Source of the DNA: Paragordius varius
Taxonomy: Eukaryota; Animalia; Nematomorpha
NCBI GenBank assembly: GCA_964247055.1
Contig: OZ176053.1
Coordinates: 10,664,001-10,728,000 of the forward strand
Length of the DNA stretch: 64,000 nt
Reading direction: 5' to 3'
This document shows, in pieces, positions 1-14,400 of this stretch. Position 1 is the stretch's first letter. The number at the start of each line of letters is the position of its first letter. A program made the translations under genes and the position numbers. The notes beneath the pieces were generated by a model. That model ran no database searches. It was not told the DNA's origin and saw only the letters and a program-made list of their open reading frames with translations.

Positions 1-488
1 ATCCTAGGTAAAAAAAAATCACTTGGGAAAAATAGTAGATGTTGGGCGAAATGCGTGAAAATTTTATTGTATTAAAACAAAACCATTGTAGGGTTGCTAT
101 TAGTTAATAATTTATCGATTATATATGCAAAAATCCATCCATTTCACGCAAAATGATGTGATAAATCTTCTAATATGCTTTATACCCATGCTAAAATTTG
201 CAGTTTTTATCATTTTTCAAATGCAATAACAGTTATCCGATACGTAATTAATTTTTTTTGGGAATTAATAATTTATTATATATCACATACATATTGCATA
301 ATAGTTTGCATAATTGACTAGTAAATAGTATAATCACAATAGTTGCAGAATGTAATTTTAAATGTAAATATAATTGTGATCACATGTTGTCAATCGGTTT
401 TAGCTAAATTTGAAAAATATCGTAAAAATTTTGGAGTATTTATTGATGATTACTTAAAAAAGTGAATTGTAAGCAGTAATTGGATAGA

Positions 489-3400
489 TTAAAACATGCC
501 ATTAAGTTGGGTAAGAGATTCGCCATAAAAATCTGGGATCCATTCAACTCTATTCTCAAGGTTTTCTTGTTGTCGACCTGTGCATTTATCACAAATGGTT
601 TTTTCAGTATTGGCATTTGTTGTGGATGATTTATCATTAACATTAAGGACTGCAGCGGTACAATCCGGATGATTTTGACAACGGACAAAAGGATTCGCAC
701 CACAATTCACAAGCAATTCCATTTTATCGGCATAAGCTTTTGCCTGACCCTGTACTTTCTCAAGTTCCTGGGGTGAAGTTACGCCCGAAAGTACGAGGAA
801 GGACGTCATACCATTACGATTAGCCCCAAGTATGTCGGTATTTAACCTTAATATGTTATAATATTATATTATATGTGCAAAATTATTCATTTTCCGGTAA
901 ATTACTTGTCTGTAAATACATAACTAAAAAATTGTTTAAAGCTAAAAGTTTTATAATTTAAATATGGGTTCAATTAATGACCGGTCAAAAAAATTAAACG
1001 ACTTTACACCTCATTCATTGGTCATAACCAGTTATCTATCAAAATATGTATTTAAATACAATATATCATCAAAGTATAATTGATATATCGACAAGTAATA
1101 AAAATAACATAATTTTTGGGTTACACCATTTTTTCTCATAAATTTACAGTGTAAAATTTATATTGTATGGACCAAACGTAAGTACATAAGACAAATATTT
1201 TTTCAATACCCGTACTTTTTTAACTTAACTTTTGATATAACTTCATTTTTAAAATTGCAAAAATAGGGTAGATTAGTAACAATATATTTTACGATAAGAT
1301 TTTTAAAAAAGTATGGTGTAGAAAAAATATTTGTCGTTACCCGTTTAAAGGTTTTATTTGTATAAGTTTAATTTTTCTGTTGTTATACCATTAAAATAAC
1401 TTTGCATACATTTTATCATATAACCCAAAAAAATGGCTAGTTATATTAAACAATCACACGACATAAATACATCGATAACCAATCTGACTGAGTTTTATAA
1501 AGAAAATTATAAATTTGGTAATCAAAAAATTTTAATAAACTAACCGATCACCAAAAAAGATTGTACGTTTCAGATCAAGTTTATGCTCCTCAATCATACA
1601 ACGAAAAATGGGATCATGAGGTTTTCCCGCTATCCAAGGCTGCCGCCCTGCACCTTTTACAACACTTTCCACAATGCAACCCGTACCTTTTATAACACAA
1701 AAAAATTATTTTATAAAAAAAATATTTTTGGCATATTGTTACATTTGGACACCTATATTTCTTGAATAATAATTGACAACAAATACAATGAAAAAGTTAT
1801 GAAAAAAAGAAAAATCCATTTAAAACATATAATAAAATTAAAGTTTATGTAATTTTTAAAGATTATAAATATGCTTTTTTAAGAAAATAATGGGATTGTT
1901 GAAAATTAAAAATAGAGCATTTGCTTCGATTCAAATTGGGGTATCCAGTGGGCCCATACTATATTTAAGTTATTTCAAAATACTGAAAGAAACGGTTCAT
2001 TTTTAAATTTATGCTTTTATCCAATAAAAATTATATAAAAAAGCCAAAATATCTAAATAAAATATAGTTTTGAAAAAAAAAGTCAAACTACCTCGACGCC
2101 ATTTTTACATTGCAACATTTAAACAAAATATCGCGTTTATTAAATTCTAACACCAAAATGAAATTAATTTTTTTCTTTAAATCACATCTATCATTGATAT
2201 AAACAGATAAACTGGTTTACCCATTATTTTTACTAAGACACACATGTCAGGTTGATTAATTTTTATATCAAGTTTTAAAATGAATCTTTTTTATGTTTCG
2301 GTGCATCATTTTTGTAAAAGTGCAAACTTTTGCAATCGTTATTTTTAGAAATATTTATTTTTAACAGAGATGGCCAAAGACCCTAATTTGAATCAGAGAG
2401 GACTGAAATGAATCTGTTGTATCCAAGTGTTAAAAGCGTGTTTATATTTAAAATATTTTTTTATTGTATTTAAGGATAAAAAATATCGTATGACGTCTTT
2501 TTGAATAAAATAGCAGAAAAACGTAAAATTTATATATCAAAGACCGGTACAAGCAAAAACAGTTTACGAAAAAAAGGTTTTAACTGCAATTCACTACTGT
2601 TGAATATAAATCGAATAAGTTATTTATAATGCCTTTATAATTTAGATATAGAGGCAAACAACTCCAATAAAAGTGAAATTTGTATTCATTAAAAATTCCA
2701 ATCATATTATACCTGAATAAAAAATTATTTTTACGAAAAAATTAATCCAGATATAAATTAGGTTTTTTTAGAAAAAATCCAAAGGAAATGTAAAGTAACC
2801 TGGAACAACGACAGATTCGCTCGGATAAGGAAAAAGTTCATCCGTATTCGTAGCTATGAAAAGCGTTTTTGGATCTTTGAGATAGGAAACGGCTCTCAAA
2901 CACTTCCAAAAATTGTATTGCTTATCAAAACCCACTATGACAGCTTTTACCTGTAAAAATGAGATTCCAAACATATTTACTTTAAATGAAAGCGGACTTA
3001 AAACATTTTATGTAAAAGAAATAATGATTTAAAAATAAAATTTTATTAAGGCAACAAAAATATTAAATAGTAATAGATTACATCTGATTCCAATTTCGTG
3101 TTATCGACCCAATCAGGGATATCACCCGTTAATTGATCCGGCTAAACAAAATAAATAATGAATATTTTCAGTTTCATTTATATTAAGTAAGGGGTTACAA
3201 TGTATCCGTTTATTAAAAAAAATGCAATAAATTCAAATATATTTAACAAAAGTAAATTAGCTACACGACATTATTATGTAATTTTAACTCTTTAATGAAA
3301 TATGTATGTATTTTCATAGTGATCCGTTTTAAAAATAGGCTTAACTTAACCATTTGTTTTTTGGGTATCAATAATAAATAGATTTAAAACAATACATAAT

Positions 3401-3922
3401 TATAATATGTTTTTTAAAAAACGTTAATATGTAAAAATAATACTGGAGCAACGATTGGGTTGACGCCGATTTCTTTTAAAGCCTGGGCAAAATTTGGGCT
3501 CCCAATTAAAAATGCGTTATTCTTCCCAAATTTAAAATGGTATTGTAGATAATGGCAGATTACATGTACCGTACAATATATTTCATCCTTATATATTTTA
3601 AAAATTAACTCACTAATGCAACATTCAAATTTAGCTTCTCACATTTTTTCTTGTATTCTTCTCTAGCTTTAGAACTGTTATTTGTAGCTAATAGAATCTT
3701 TTTATTCTAATATATATATAAAATATGCAAATACTTTCTTTCTTAGTTTGGATATAAATTCTTCCACGCCGGAAAATAGATGATTGACATTCCATAAAAC
3801 ACCTCTATGTTAAAAAACGTTAAACCATCGCAATCAAATAAAAAATTGTCATAATTTTCTAATATATGGTTCCAAGCCTCGGCATTATCGATAATTTGGC
3901 AGTTTTTAATTTGTTGGGTCAT
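489..3922 (-). CDS. PGP: HAD-superfamily phosphatase (phosphoglycolate/pyridoxal-phosphate phosphatase, NagD/chronophin family), 8 exons, 370 aa
   Basis: Hand-spliced exons 3922-3826, 3802-3735, 3706-3614, 3587-3444, 3141-3082, 2950-2800, 1686-1545, 846-489 total 1113 nt, in frame, all GT..AG. Motifs: FLFDCDGVLW (I), ATNNS (II), IAGKP (III), FFGDRLNTDI (IV). PGP versus PDXP is not resolvable by eye. Confidence 0.92.
1918..2429 (+). mobile_element. piggyBac-like MITE (family A), in a PGP intron
   Basis: Begins with a degenerate (cac)TTCGATTCAAATTGGGG and ends GTTGTATCCAAGTG followed by TTAA. The interior matches copies at 25139, 47133, 49282 and 60900. Confidence 0.75.
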
Positions 3923-4059
3923 TTCAAAAATATTTAAAAATTAACATGTGTTCTTAACAATGCACAAAATTTCGATCTGAAAATCAATACAAAATAGATT
4001 TTTCGGTATTTGGTTAAGAAGACAATCTGTAACAGCATCAAAAAATACATTACAATACT

Positions 4060-5310
4060 TTTTAATGAACAAGCCAATCAAGTCCTCGTGAAGAATTTAG
4101 ATTATCTCTTTGAGTTCCATAAATCTGCAAAAGTTATATATATTTTAATTAAATTTACATTTAAATTTTAATAAAAAATTTATTGAAAAATATTAAACCT
4201 TCAATTCGGCTAACATTATAATTAACGAAATTAATATACCTATAAGTTTTCTATTTCAGAAATTTAAATATTATAAAAATATTAATCATATTTGTTTAAT
4301 TCAATATTAGAAAAAATTTACTATCAAACTTCTTGATGCAAAGATTTTCCTGTTATTTCTCTGAATTTTGGCATATTATAATTAAAACTTGGAATATAAT
4401 TAACTTTCAATTCTTTGTGATTCCTATAAAATGTATTAATTTTTGTCATAAAGTTTTTTATGATAAAATGGTTAAATTTTTTGGATTTTAGATGGGATAA
4501 AAGAAATTTTAATTTATTAGTGTGCTGCAATGCGTGAGATTAATTATTTTTATTAATTACATTTTTTTGTCATTGAGGAAAAAATACGGTTTTTAATTAA
4601 ATGTTTAACTAATAAAATGAAAATTAGCCATTTAAAATACCGAAATGACCTAAGATTCGCTCTTTTTTACTATATGCATACCATATAAATGTTCATTGTT
4701 TTGAAGATATCCCATCAATAAGTAAGTGTAAAGTGGGGGATGATCTGATATTTTTGTGTTTGAAAGCGTATGTCTTGTTTTTATTCATGATATGTAGTCT
4801 ATTGGAAATGTAATTATTTTTGTGTTAAAGGTAAAATATGCAAAAGGTCCAATACTTTAGTATATAATATTTTTATTGCAGATTATAATAGAAAATATTG
4901 GCTCTTAAAATTAAAACCAACCAATTATCAATACATTTGCACACCTTGTCTCCTTCTTTCCAAAATTAACTAACTGTTGCATTAATCATTACCGTGTTTT
5001 AATCTGAAAAAATTTAGACGCGCAAAAATAGGTATACATGCCTTTAACCGATAAAATAATAAACACGCTACAACGTGTATGTTGGTCAAACAAAGTTGTC
5101 TTTCAGCTATTTGTTTGTATATTAATTTATCAAACCCTTTTCCCAAATCCAATAATGAACTTTATACGTTTTACTTTCCAAAAAAAGATAATGCTATAAT
5201 AGATTACTATTTATTACCAATAGACTGCATATCTTGGATAATAATAACACACACACTTTTAAACATATAAATATCAGAATATCCACTATATAACTGCATT
5301 GTATATTTTC
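4060..5310 (-). CDS. Probable unresolved multi-exon gene between PGP and AF10 (hypothetical protein)
   Basis: Several short open, GC-enriched segments bounded by micro-intron-like GT..AG (e.g. DHPPLYTYLLMGYLQNNEHLY near 4680-4735 and IYGTQRDNLNSSRGLDWLVH* near 4062-4124). I could not assemble a single stop-free CDS. Confidence 0.25.
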
Positions 5311-5473
5311 AAATCAGAAAACATACTTTTATAACCCTTAGAAATTATATAGTTATTCAGCTAAAATGAATATATTTTAATAATATTAGTTTTAAATCAC
5401 AATTCTCCCTTATACTATATATTAGTCACGAAGTTTAATTTGAAAATCAAAAGTCTTGATCACGTTTCCTAAC

Positions 5474-8400
5474 ATGAAAGAAATGATTGGGGGTTGTTGC
5501 GTTTGTTCGGATGAACAGGGGTGGGCAGATAATCCTTTAGTTTACTGTGATGGAAAACAATGTACTGTAGCTGTTCACCAAGGTATTTACTTGGTATAAT
5601 TATGTAATAAAGTTGAAAAGACTTATATTTATGGCTATATTATTATTTATTAAAAATAATGTATTTTGTATAAAAAATCTTGAAAATTTTGTAATAATAA
5701 TAGATTCGGAGGTATATTATTATGAAAATATTGGAAGAGCGAATACACTAGTCGACAAATTTGGTTTTTAAGCACCACCACTCAAACTTTTTAAATTATG
5801 ACTAATTTTAGTGTTTTAAACCCGAATTTGAAAAAAATTTTGATCCCGCCAATCAGAATCTTGAAATTTTATAGGTTTTTCAATTTTTCAAAAACAAGAG
5901 AAAATCGAGAGAAAATTAAATATAACTTTATAATAAAATGTTATTATATTATAAACTTAATATCATTTAATAAAGCGTTTTAAACTCTATCTTTTGAATA
6001 TAAATATGTCATTTAAATGAGAAAAAAATAGTACGGACTTAAACGTCAAAATTTAGTCTTTTTTTTCAAGTGAATTTTTAACACATATAAAAAATTTTTA
6101 AAAAAATACTAAAAAAGGCATTCTATGGTTTAAACCTTCGGCTTTCAGATAGGCTATATTTTTTTTGTTAAATTTCGTTCTTTCGAGTACTTATTAGACT
6201 TTTTCTCTTGAGTTGGTTCTTATAAAAAATCCTTTATTTATATCTAGTGGATATACCTTATTTTTTTAAAATTATTGGTTGTTTTGTATTTTGAATTTCA
6301 GATAGACGTTGTGTAGCCACTTGTAGTAGAATTTACTGTTATGGGGTTGGACCATTTGTATTTACCTAATTTATAATCAATTTAATTGTAGAATTTATCT
6401 AACTTTATTCTGTAAATTGGTTAATTGGACATGTCAATTTGCCAGATTTTGCTTGCAAGTCTCTCTTATCGGACTTTACGATTACTTATTGTTATCTTTG
6501 CCATATCTGGCATAGTTATAGGATCGCTTGGGGGATATGCAGAGCTTGTGCAGCCGCCCATATCTATCACACTATACATAAGCCCCTATAGATTTTTAAT
6601 ATTTTGGCTCTTAGCTTGTTTAGTATCTTATTTAATGCCTAGAATTTGTTATCCATGCATGGAATATTACTTGTATCGACTTGCTTGTTTGAATTTTTAA
6701 ACATATTTACACGAGGAATGATTGTTATTTTTGAATTTACAAATTCAAAAATTAAATTTTGGAAAAATCCTATTGGTGGCCTCAATTTTCTTTTTTGTTT
6801 TGGCCTTTCCATGCCATTAGGTATCAGAAAATGCAAAAATAATGGGGTGGAAACCTTGTTGAGCAGTGATATTTAAGATATTAACTAGTAAAAAAAATTT
6901 AATGAATGTAAATTTATATGCAATGAAAAATATAAATGATATTTTAATTTAATGTTATCGCTTACTAGTTTTTGAATCATTATTAATACAAATTATTAGT
7001 TTTTTACCAATAAATTTTGTGTAAATATGCCCAACTTTCAATTTTGGTGTTGCAGTAATAATAAAAAAAATTTATTGTTTAATTTTTAATTAATTATTTG
7101 GAGTTTTAATATTATATCAATGAGCTAAATTATCCAAAAACATAAAATTACTTAAAAAATTTGATTTTATTTAGCATGTTATGGTATTGAGTTTGTTCCG
7201 TCTGGACCATGGTTTTGTAAAAAGTGTGCATTCAAAGGTGACAAATCCAAAGTGGTAAAAAATTAATTAATATTTATTAGTTTTGTAAATTGTGTCCAAA
7301 CGAAAATGGGGCTTTGAAAAGAACGGATACCAACGGTAATTTTATATGATTTTATATTAAATATTTTTCTTTAATTAATAGAATGGGCTCATGTCATTTG
7401 CGCTTTATATATACCCGAAGTTGAATTTGGGAATGTTAAAACAATGGAACCAATCATTATTAGTAACATACCAAAAGAGCGTTTTAACAAGGTATTTAAA
7501 CACATTGTCAATGGTGTTAACTTTGATTCGGAAAATATTAAAAATCAATGTTTGGGAAAACTACGGCTTTTTTCATATTTGTCAATATAGTAACTATTAA
7601 AATCCGAAATATTAAGGTTTACTAAACATAGGCCTCCTTAATTAGTGTAGATTGTAAAAAGACTTGACTTACCATATGCATATATTTATCTCTTTTTGGT
7701 TTAAAATGACCTGTATCAAAAAATATTATACTAGCAATGAATCAAATTTATTAAAATGTAAATTTTTGGTAATTAAACTTTTTCTCGTTAGAATCTTTAA
7801 AAAAAATTTCTTAACCCGTTGAAAAACGTTTCGTATCACATCTAATAACTACATGTTGAATTCCACAGTTTTTCATTTCCACAATTATTTGGAAACATAT
7901 ATTTGATTGAATACTGATTTAACAATAATCATATTTTTATATCCAATCAAATTGTTTTTCAGGCTGCAATTTTGATGCATAATACACTTTGATCTAATTA
8001 AACACTTCTTTACATCGATTACCAGTAAATTTAACACGCCTCTAAAGTTAAGTTTTAGGTTTAATGTTTGAATGATTCCCAATGATATTAAGCGGTTTTA
8101 TATAAGTTTGTATATTTTCATTTAGATTACTTTTTTCTGACTTATAATGCCCAAAAATTGTTACATGTTCAAAAATTAACCAGAGCTCTTTACCGATTCG
8201 GCATATTAAAACAGATTTTAAGCTAATTATTTTCATCAAAAAAATATACCATAAAAAATATTTTATTTTGGTTACGTTGACTTATGAAATTATTATCAAT
8301 TCTTTTACAAATATAGAAAAATACTCGTTTTTACTGAATGAGCAAATAATATGTTTGGGTTTCCAACCCATTTTGAAATTATCATGAAATTAGCTTGCGT

Positions 8401-11400
8401 AAAAACATACACTAAAAATTGAAATTATACGGACAAAATATAAAAACAACAGTCATAGTTTTTAAATCTTAATTTATTTTTTAAAAATGTAAATACAAAA
8501 GTAAATAACATAAATGAGTGTGTTACCGATTTGTACTCTATTTTATCCTTTACACTTTAAAACAATCAGTTATATAACAAAAATAAAGATTTGAAAAGTA
8601 TGAGTTGTATTTTGGAAAAAAAAATTGTTATTTTTAGTTTTGTCCGTACGATTAAATTTTTACCGGATATTGTATCATTTTTTAATGGTATATTTATTTT
8701 CTTTAGGTCTGTTATATTTGTGAAAATCAACAGCGTTCCAGTTTAGGAGCTGTTAAAAATGTTGGAGCTTGTATGGCTTGTCATAAACATGAATGTCCCA
8801 ATTCATTTCACGTAACATGGTAAAATATTTTTTGAATAATTATAGCGAATAGTTTTTATATAACCATTATTTGATTATATTTATAGTGGTCAAAAAGCAG
8901 GACTTTTATGCGAAAAACGTACATCTAAAACGAAGGAAACAAATGTCATCAAATACACTGGATTTTGCTCCTATCATTACAAAAAAGAGGTTATTTGCTA
9001 ACAAATTTTACGCATTTATTTGTACATATATATAAACTAAAATTTATATATCCACTAGCGTAAATGTCCTGCTGCGCAGCCCGAGGAAGTCCTTCGTCTG
9101 GGGGGGGGGGGACTATTTGAAAAAAGGGACAAAAAATGATCCACATATGGAGATTATTTTGAAACATTATTTGATAACTATGATCTCATAGGAATTTTAA
9201 AACGGTGCCTTCATACTAATATATTGTTGGGCGAAAAATAGATTCTTAACTTTGTTTTTTGAAAAAATGGCATTTTACGGGGGGAGCGGGTAAAAAGAGG
9301 GCCTAAATTAAAAAGCGAGCCGACTATGTTCGGCGCAATCGAAAATAAGTAAACAATAATCATATTTGAAATTGAATGGTCTAACACGTTCTCCGGAAAA
9401 TTGTCTCAAATACACGATTTTTGTGGACTTCCGTTTTCAAAAAAAACCCGTGTTTTACACGTGAGCCCGAACTGGGGGCCTATTTCAAAAAAAGGGCGAA
9501 GCTATTGTCGGGGCATTCATTAATGATTATATTTTTTTGATGTTTGGATTTAAATGGGTCTACCGGTTTTCGGGAAATAGATCAAGCCACCACTTTTTAT
9601 TTTTATAAATATATAGATTATTGTTTTCATCCACATATTAATAATAAAAAGTTGGTAAACTTGCGCATTTTCAATAAATATATAGTTTGGCATTTAATGA
9701 TATGAATATAATCAAAAATATGTAAATTAATTAAATTAATTATATTTGGTTGGAGCAGAAAAAACCAAATAAAATCTCATATCCATATAATATAATTTAA
9801 GTATTTTTAAAAACTTTTTATCGCACATTTAAACCGAGTCACTTTCGTGGCAGTTTATAATTATATTCAAGCGCAAAAAAACTAAGCTTGTTTTATGCGC
9901 CCAATTAAATTATATTTTTCATTTCCATATCATAATCACATTATCAATGGTTCAAACCAATTCAATCTTTAGCAGTTTAATTAATTATATTGAGTTTTCG
10001 AATGAAAACTAAATACAATCTCACATAATCATATAATACATTATTAATAACAATTTTTATATCCATCCCCATATTAATATTTTATAATGATAGTTTAAAC
10101 CAAGTCAATTTCTGGCAGTTCCAGCTTACGTTCCCCCCTCTATGAAAGATATCGAAGAAGCTCTTTCCTCATCTTCTTATAGTTCCTCTGTTTCTCGACA
10201 TGATTCCATCAATAATTTAAATGATAATTTTAATCTTAACACTAATTCCAATGTACAAAAGGATACCAATTTACCATCAGATAAAACTAAAGAATCTAAG
10301 ATCACAGCTAAAATATCTGAGACAACTGATGAAAACCTACTTTTTCAAAGTAAAAGCACTGTTGCTCTTTCAAGTAATAACACAACATCTTTAACGTCAT
10401 CTCTGAGTTTGGCCAACACTAATAGTGCCAGTCGATTATTGTTTAAAGATGTCCAGGAAGATATTTTCTTTAGGGTAAGGATTTATGCAAATATATACTT
10501 ATTTTTTAACATATCGGTTTTTCCATATAAATATTATTATCAGTTGCACTTAGAGCGAAGTTTTATTGTCAAAATTGGTAAATTTTTACGATTTCTTATT
10601 TCCAATAATAATGCTTTTTACTGTTAATGCTACATGGCAATATTTGATAAAAACCAGCAATGAATTTTTATTCTCAATGTATTAGATTAGAATAATTCGT
10701 CTTAATTAGTTTGATTTTACCCAAAACATTCTTGAAACATTTACTATTTTCATCAAGTTTATCATTTGATTAAATGAACTTACTATTTTCTTTAATTTCC
10801 AATCATAGAAATACGAAAAATATTTTTCATCAACACCATTGACCCCAAATATTACGACGACTGTATCGAATGAATTACCACCAATTTCTGTTAATGTAGA
10901 TGTTTTGTTACCCTTAGGTAATACCTTAACAACGAGCACAAATAGTTATGTAGATCCGAATTCTACTTTAACTGGTAAGTATACAATCAAACCGTTTTTT
11001 TCCAGACTATTTAGTAATAAATAGAATGAATTATGTGACTTTTTTTCCCCATATTATTTTATTTCTTAAATGGATTTTAAAACCTCATTTTACGACATTT
11101 TTTTCAAATCAAATAATGTAATATAATAAAATTTAAATATTATTTTTACCCTTTATGAAAGGACGCTTTTTAACGTCAAAATAAATATTATCCTATTTTA
11201 AAATAGATATTTTGTGAATTTTTTTTATATCGTCTCATATTCCTCACAAAAAATTATTTTATATATTTCACAAAATTTATAATAATTTTATTTGGCATTT
11301 TTTTATTCAGATGAACAGGCTAATGTTTCCCCCTATCACAGTAATAGTGTTTCTGGCAAAGGGGATTCTTCGTGTTGGTCCCTTTCAAAATTTATTAACA

Positions 11401-14400
11401 TGCAACATCAACAAAATAATCCTAGTTCATCTAATTTCACGTCACCTCCCATCATTGAAAAAGGTTTTTTAAAGTTTTTTTAAAAAAAATATTTATGTTA
11501 GATATTTCATATTAAGCCTACCTTAGAAAATTTTAAATTAATATCTATTTAAACTTAAAATATACCTTTTATTCCGCCCTAAAATAACTAAATTTCACAA
11601 TTGAAATTAATTATTTTTTTAGTACTCATTTACCATTTTTATGTTTTTCCACTCCAAGTTTTTTGATTAGGAAAATTGGCAAACCAGACCAAACACAAAT
11701 ATATTTATTTTAGTGATGAGTTTATTAAGACTCTCAAATTTTGGGAGGATACAAAATGTTTCACGGTGATATTAAAATGTTCAAGGGTATTACAGTATAT
11801 AATTAAATTATTAATTTCCAAATTACTTTTTTATTGAATTTCATTACTTAAAAAACAGAACAAACGATTGAGAGTAGCATACGTAAATCCGAAGTATCTC
11901 TACCCTCCAACAAGATTGAAATAATGACTAAGGACACTCAAGACACTAAATTATCTTCGAAAATAAGTTCCCCAAACCCTAACTCTTTGACTGATAAAAA
12001 GACGATGAAAAAGTTTAGCTTTGATAAAATTGATTTACCCAACCATGGCGCACGGAAAGAGGGGGTTAGTACTTAATTTTCCCTAACCAATGATATTTTT
12101 TTTCTATTATATGGCATTTTTACAGTATTAAGTTCTTCATTTTTACAGAATGAATCGCAAAAGGGGGACATTGGTAAGAAAGATGATATCAAAAAATTTG
12201 AAATTTCACCAATATTTAATAAAACTGGAAGGTCAGCTGAAAAGGGAAGTGGGAATAAATCAGGTAGGGAAAATTTTTTAGGTTTTTGAATGAGAATATA
12301 AGATAAATATGTACATTGAAATATTAAAGTGTAATATATATTACGTTTGTATAAAATTATTAATGATATCAGTCAATTTAAAAGTTAAAACTAAAATATA
12401 AATATTTTTATGTAACATTCGCACAATCAATTACCCTAAGTTTTTCAATTTTTCGTAATAATTTTACAAAACAAGTTCGATTAATCGTTCTACCTTTGAT
12501 TTCAGGGTTTTTCATTCTTTAAATATTGTTTTACTTACATTAATAATCATTTTCTTTCTTTTACGTTATTTTTGATTATTATTTTGTTTTAAGGTGAAGG
12601 GCTCCGTAAAAAAGATCAATCCAAAATGGATATTAAAACAGTAACACCATATACCAAATCTCAAAATAAAGAGGTATTATTATTTTAATGAAGGGCTTAT
12701 CAATGTTAATAAAATGTTATCAACAATTTATTATCAAAAAACGTTATATTTTGTTTCCAGAAAAAAGAATCTTTAGCAAGTACAAGTGAGAATAAGAAAA
12801 GCGGCCGATTTTCTCCAATAATTTCAAGTCCTGCTTCACACAAAAGAAAGGTAAAAGTTATTATTGTAAAAAAATGTATACAAATATTTAAAAAAGTTAA
12901 TCATAACCTTGATATATTTCCTATGTATCAATTTATTTTTTCACTTTGCAGGGTTAATTTCCAATTGTATTCATAATTTTTAGGATGGCCCCAAAAAATC
13001 TGACATGACAAGTCAATCGCATAAAAAAATAAATTATTCACCAGGATCTAGTTCAACCGCCAAAATGTTAAAGATGGATCCTGAAAGTTTGGATCAGGCC
13101 ATAACGCCTTTTGTCAGTCCGTCAAACACTAAAATTGGTATAAAATGTTATTTTATTATAAATTGGTAGCATTTTTTGATTTCATTTGGTAATTTACGCA
13201 GTTTTAACTATGTTTAAATCGTTTTTTCCTATTTAAATTTAAACTAAATTAGTCCAGTAAATATTTTAGTTTAATTAACTTCTATGTATTTAGATCCGAA
13301 TGATTTTTCGCGTGAACTATTGGAATCTTCACCAGACAAAATTTTATTGGGTCCTTTGGCTAATACCCAATCAGAAGTGGAATCGGCCATGGCTCATCTT
13401 AATGGTATGTATAACATACGCTGGAGCGTGGCTTTCATTATAATGAGCCGTTTTTTAAATAAATAGAGCCTTAAATAGCGCTATTCATTGCACTTTTTCC
13501 ATTTTTAAATAAGGCCCCATTTTTTAAGTTACATTAATTCAAATTAGGGCGCATCTTTTCTCAAAATTACTGATTTGTTGCTATTATGGAACCCTTAGAA
13601 TGAGTTACCATTAAATTTATTTTTTATTATACTTTATGAATATATGTAGAAAATTATTTTGTTAAAAAAATTATATATATATATTTTTTGCGTTATAATG
13701 CGTATAATGTATATTTATATCAAGATCATTCGGGGAAGGTTGGGGGGGAGGGTTCACTCTATAATTATTTTCCTAAAATTTTACATACATATATAGATGA
13801 TATTACACCGACACCCGTGGGAACACAGCAAGAAGCCGCTGCACCATTTCTCCATGAAGTATCTGTTATGGAAGAAACAATCACAACAAGTGAACAAGTG
13901 CCTTTTCTTCAAACATCAACAGGTGTTGTTAATCAAAGTATTTCGCCTAAACAAATGACTAATATGTCATCACACCTACTTGAATCAGTTAACAATGCCT
14001 CCTCTATGATGGCATACAATGAAATGAATCCCTCTCCTAAAAAGATTACAGAGTATGCTTGCTACACTTTTTTAAAAAATATTATTTTTAGTGTTTGAGT
14101 TTTAGGAGGTTATTATACGCCATTTTGTTTGACAAATTTAATTTATGTGTTTCACCTTATACATTATATAACTTTTAGGATATATATTCAACTGTTTTAG
14201 ATTACGATATTTTTTGGTTAAATGGTTTTAATGTCGGTTCATTTTCAATTTAGTACATGGCCAATTACAAAACATACAGTCATGTAGACTTTATTGTGTT
14301 AAAGATTTACTTTTTTTCCTTAATTGGGTATTAATATTTGGTAAAGAATATAAAAACAAGAGCAATATGGTATCCATATCATATTCTATAAAAAAGTAAA

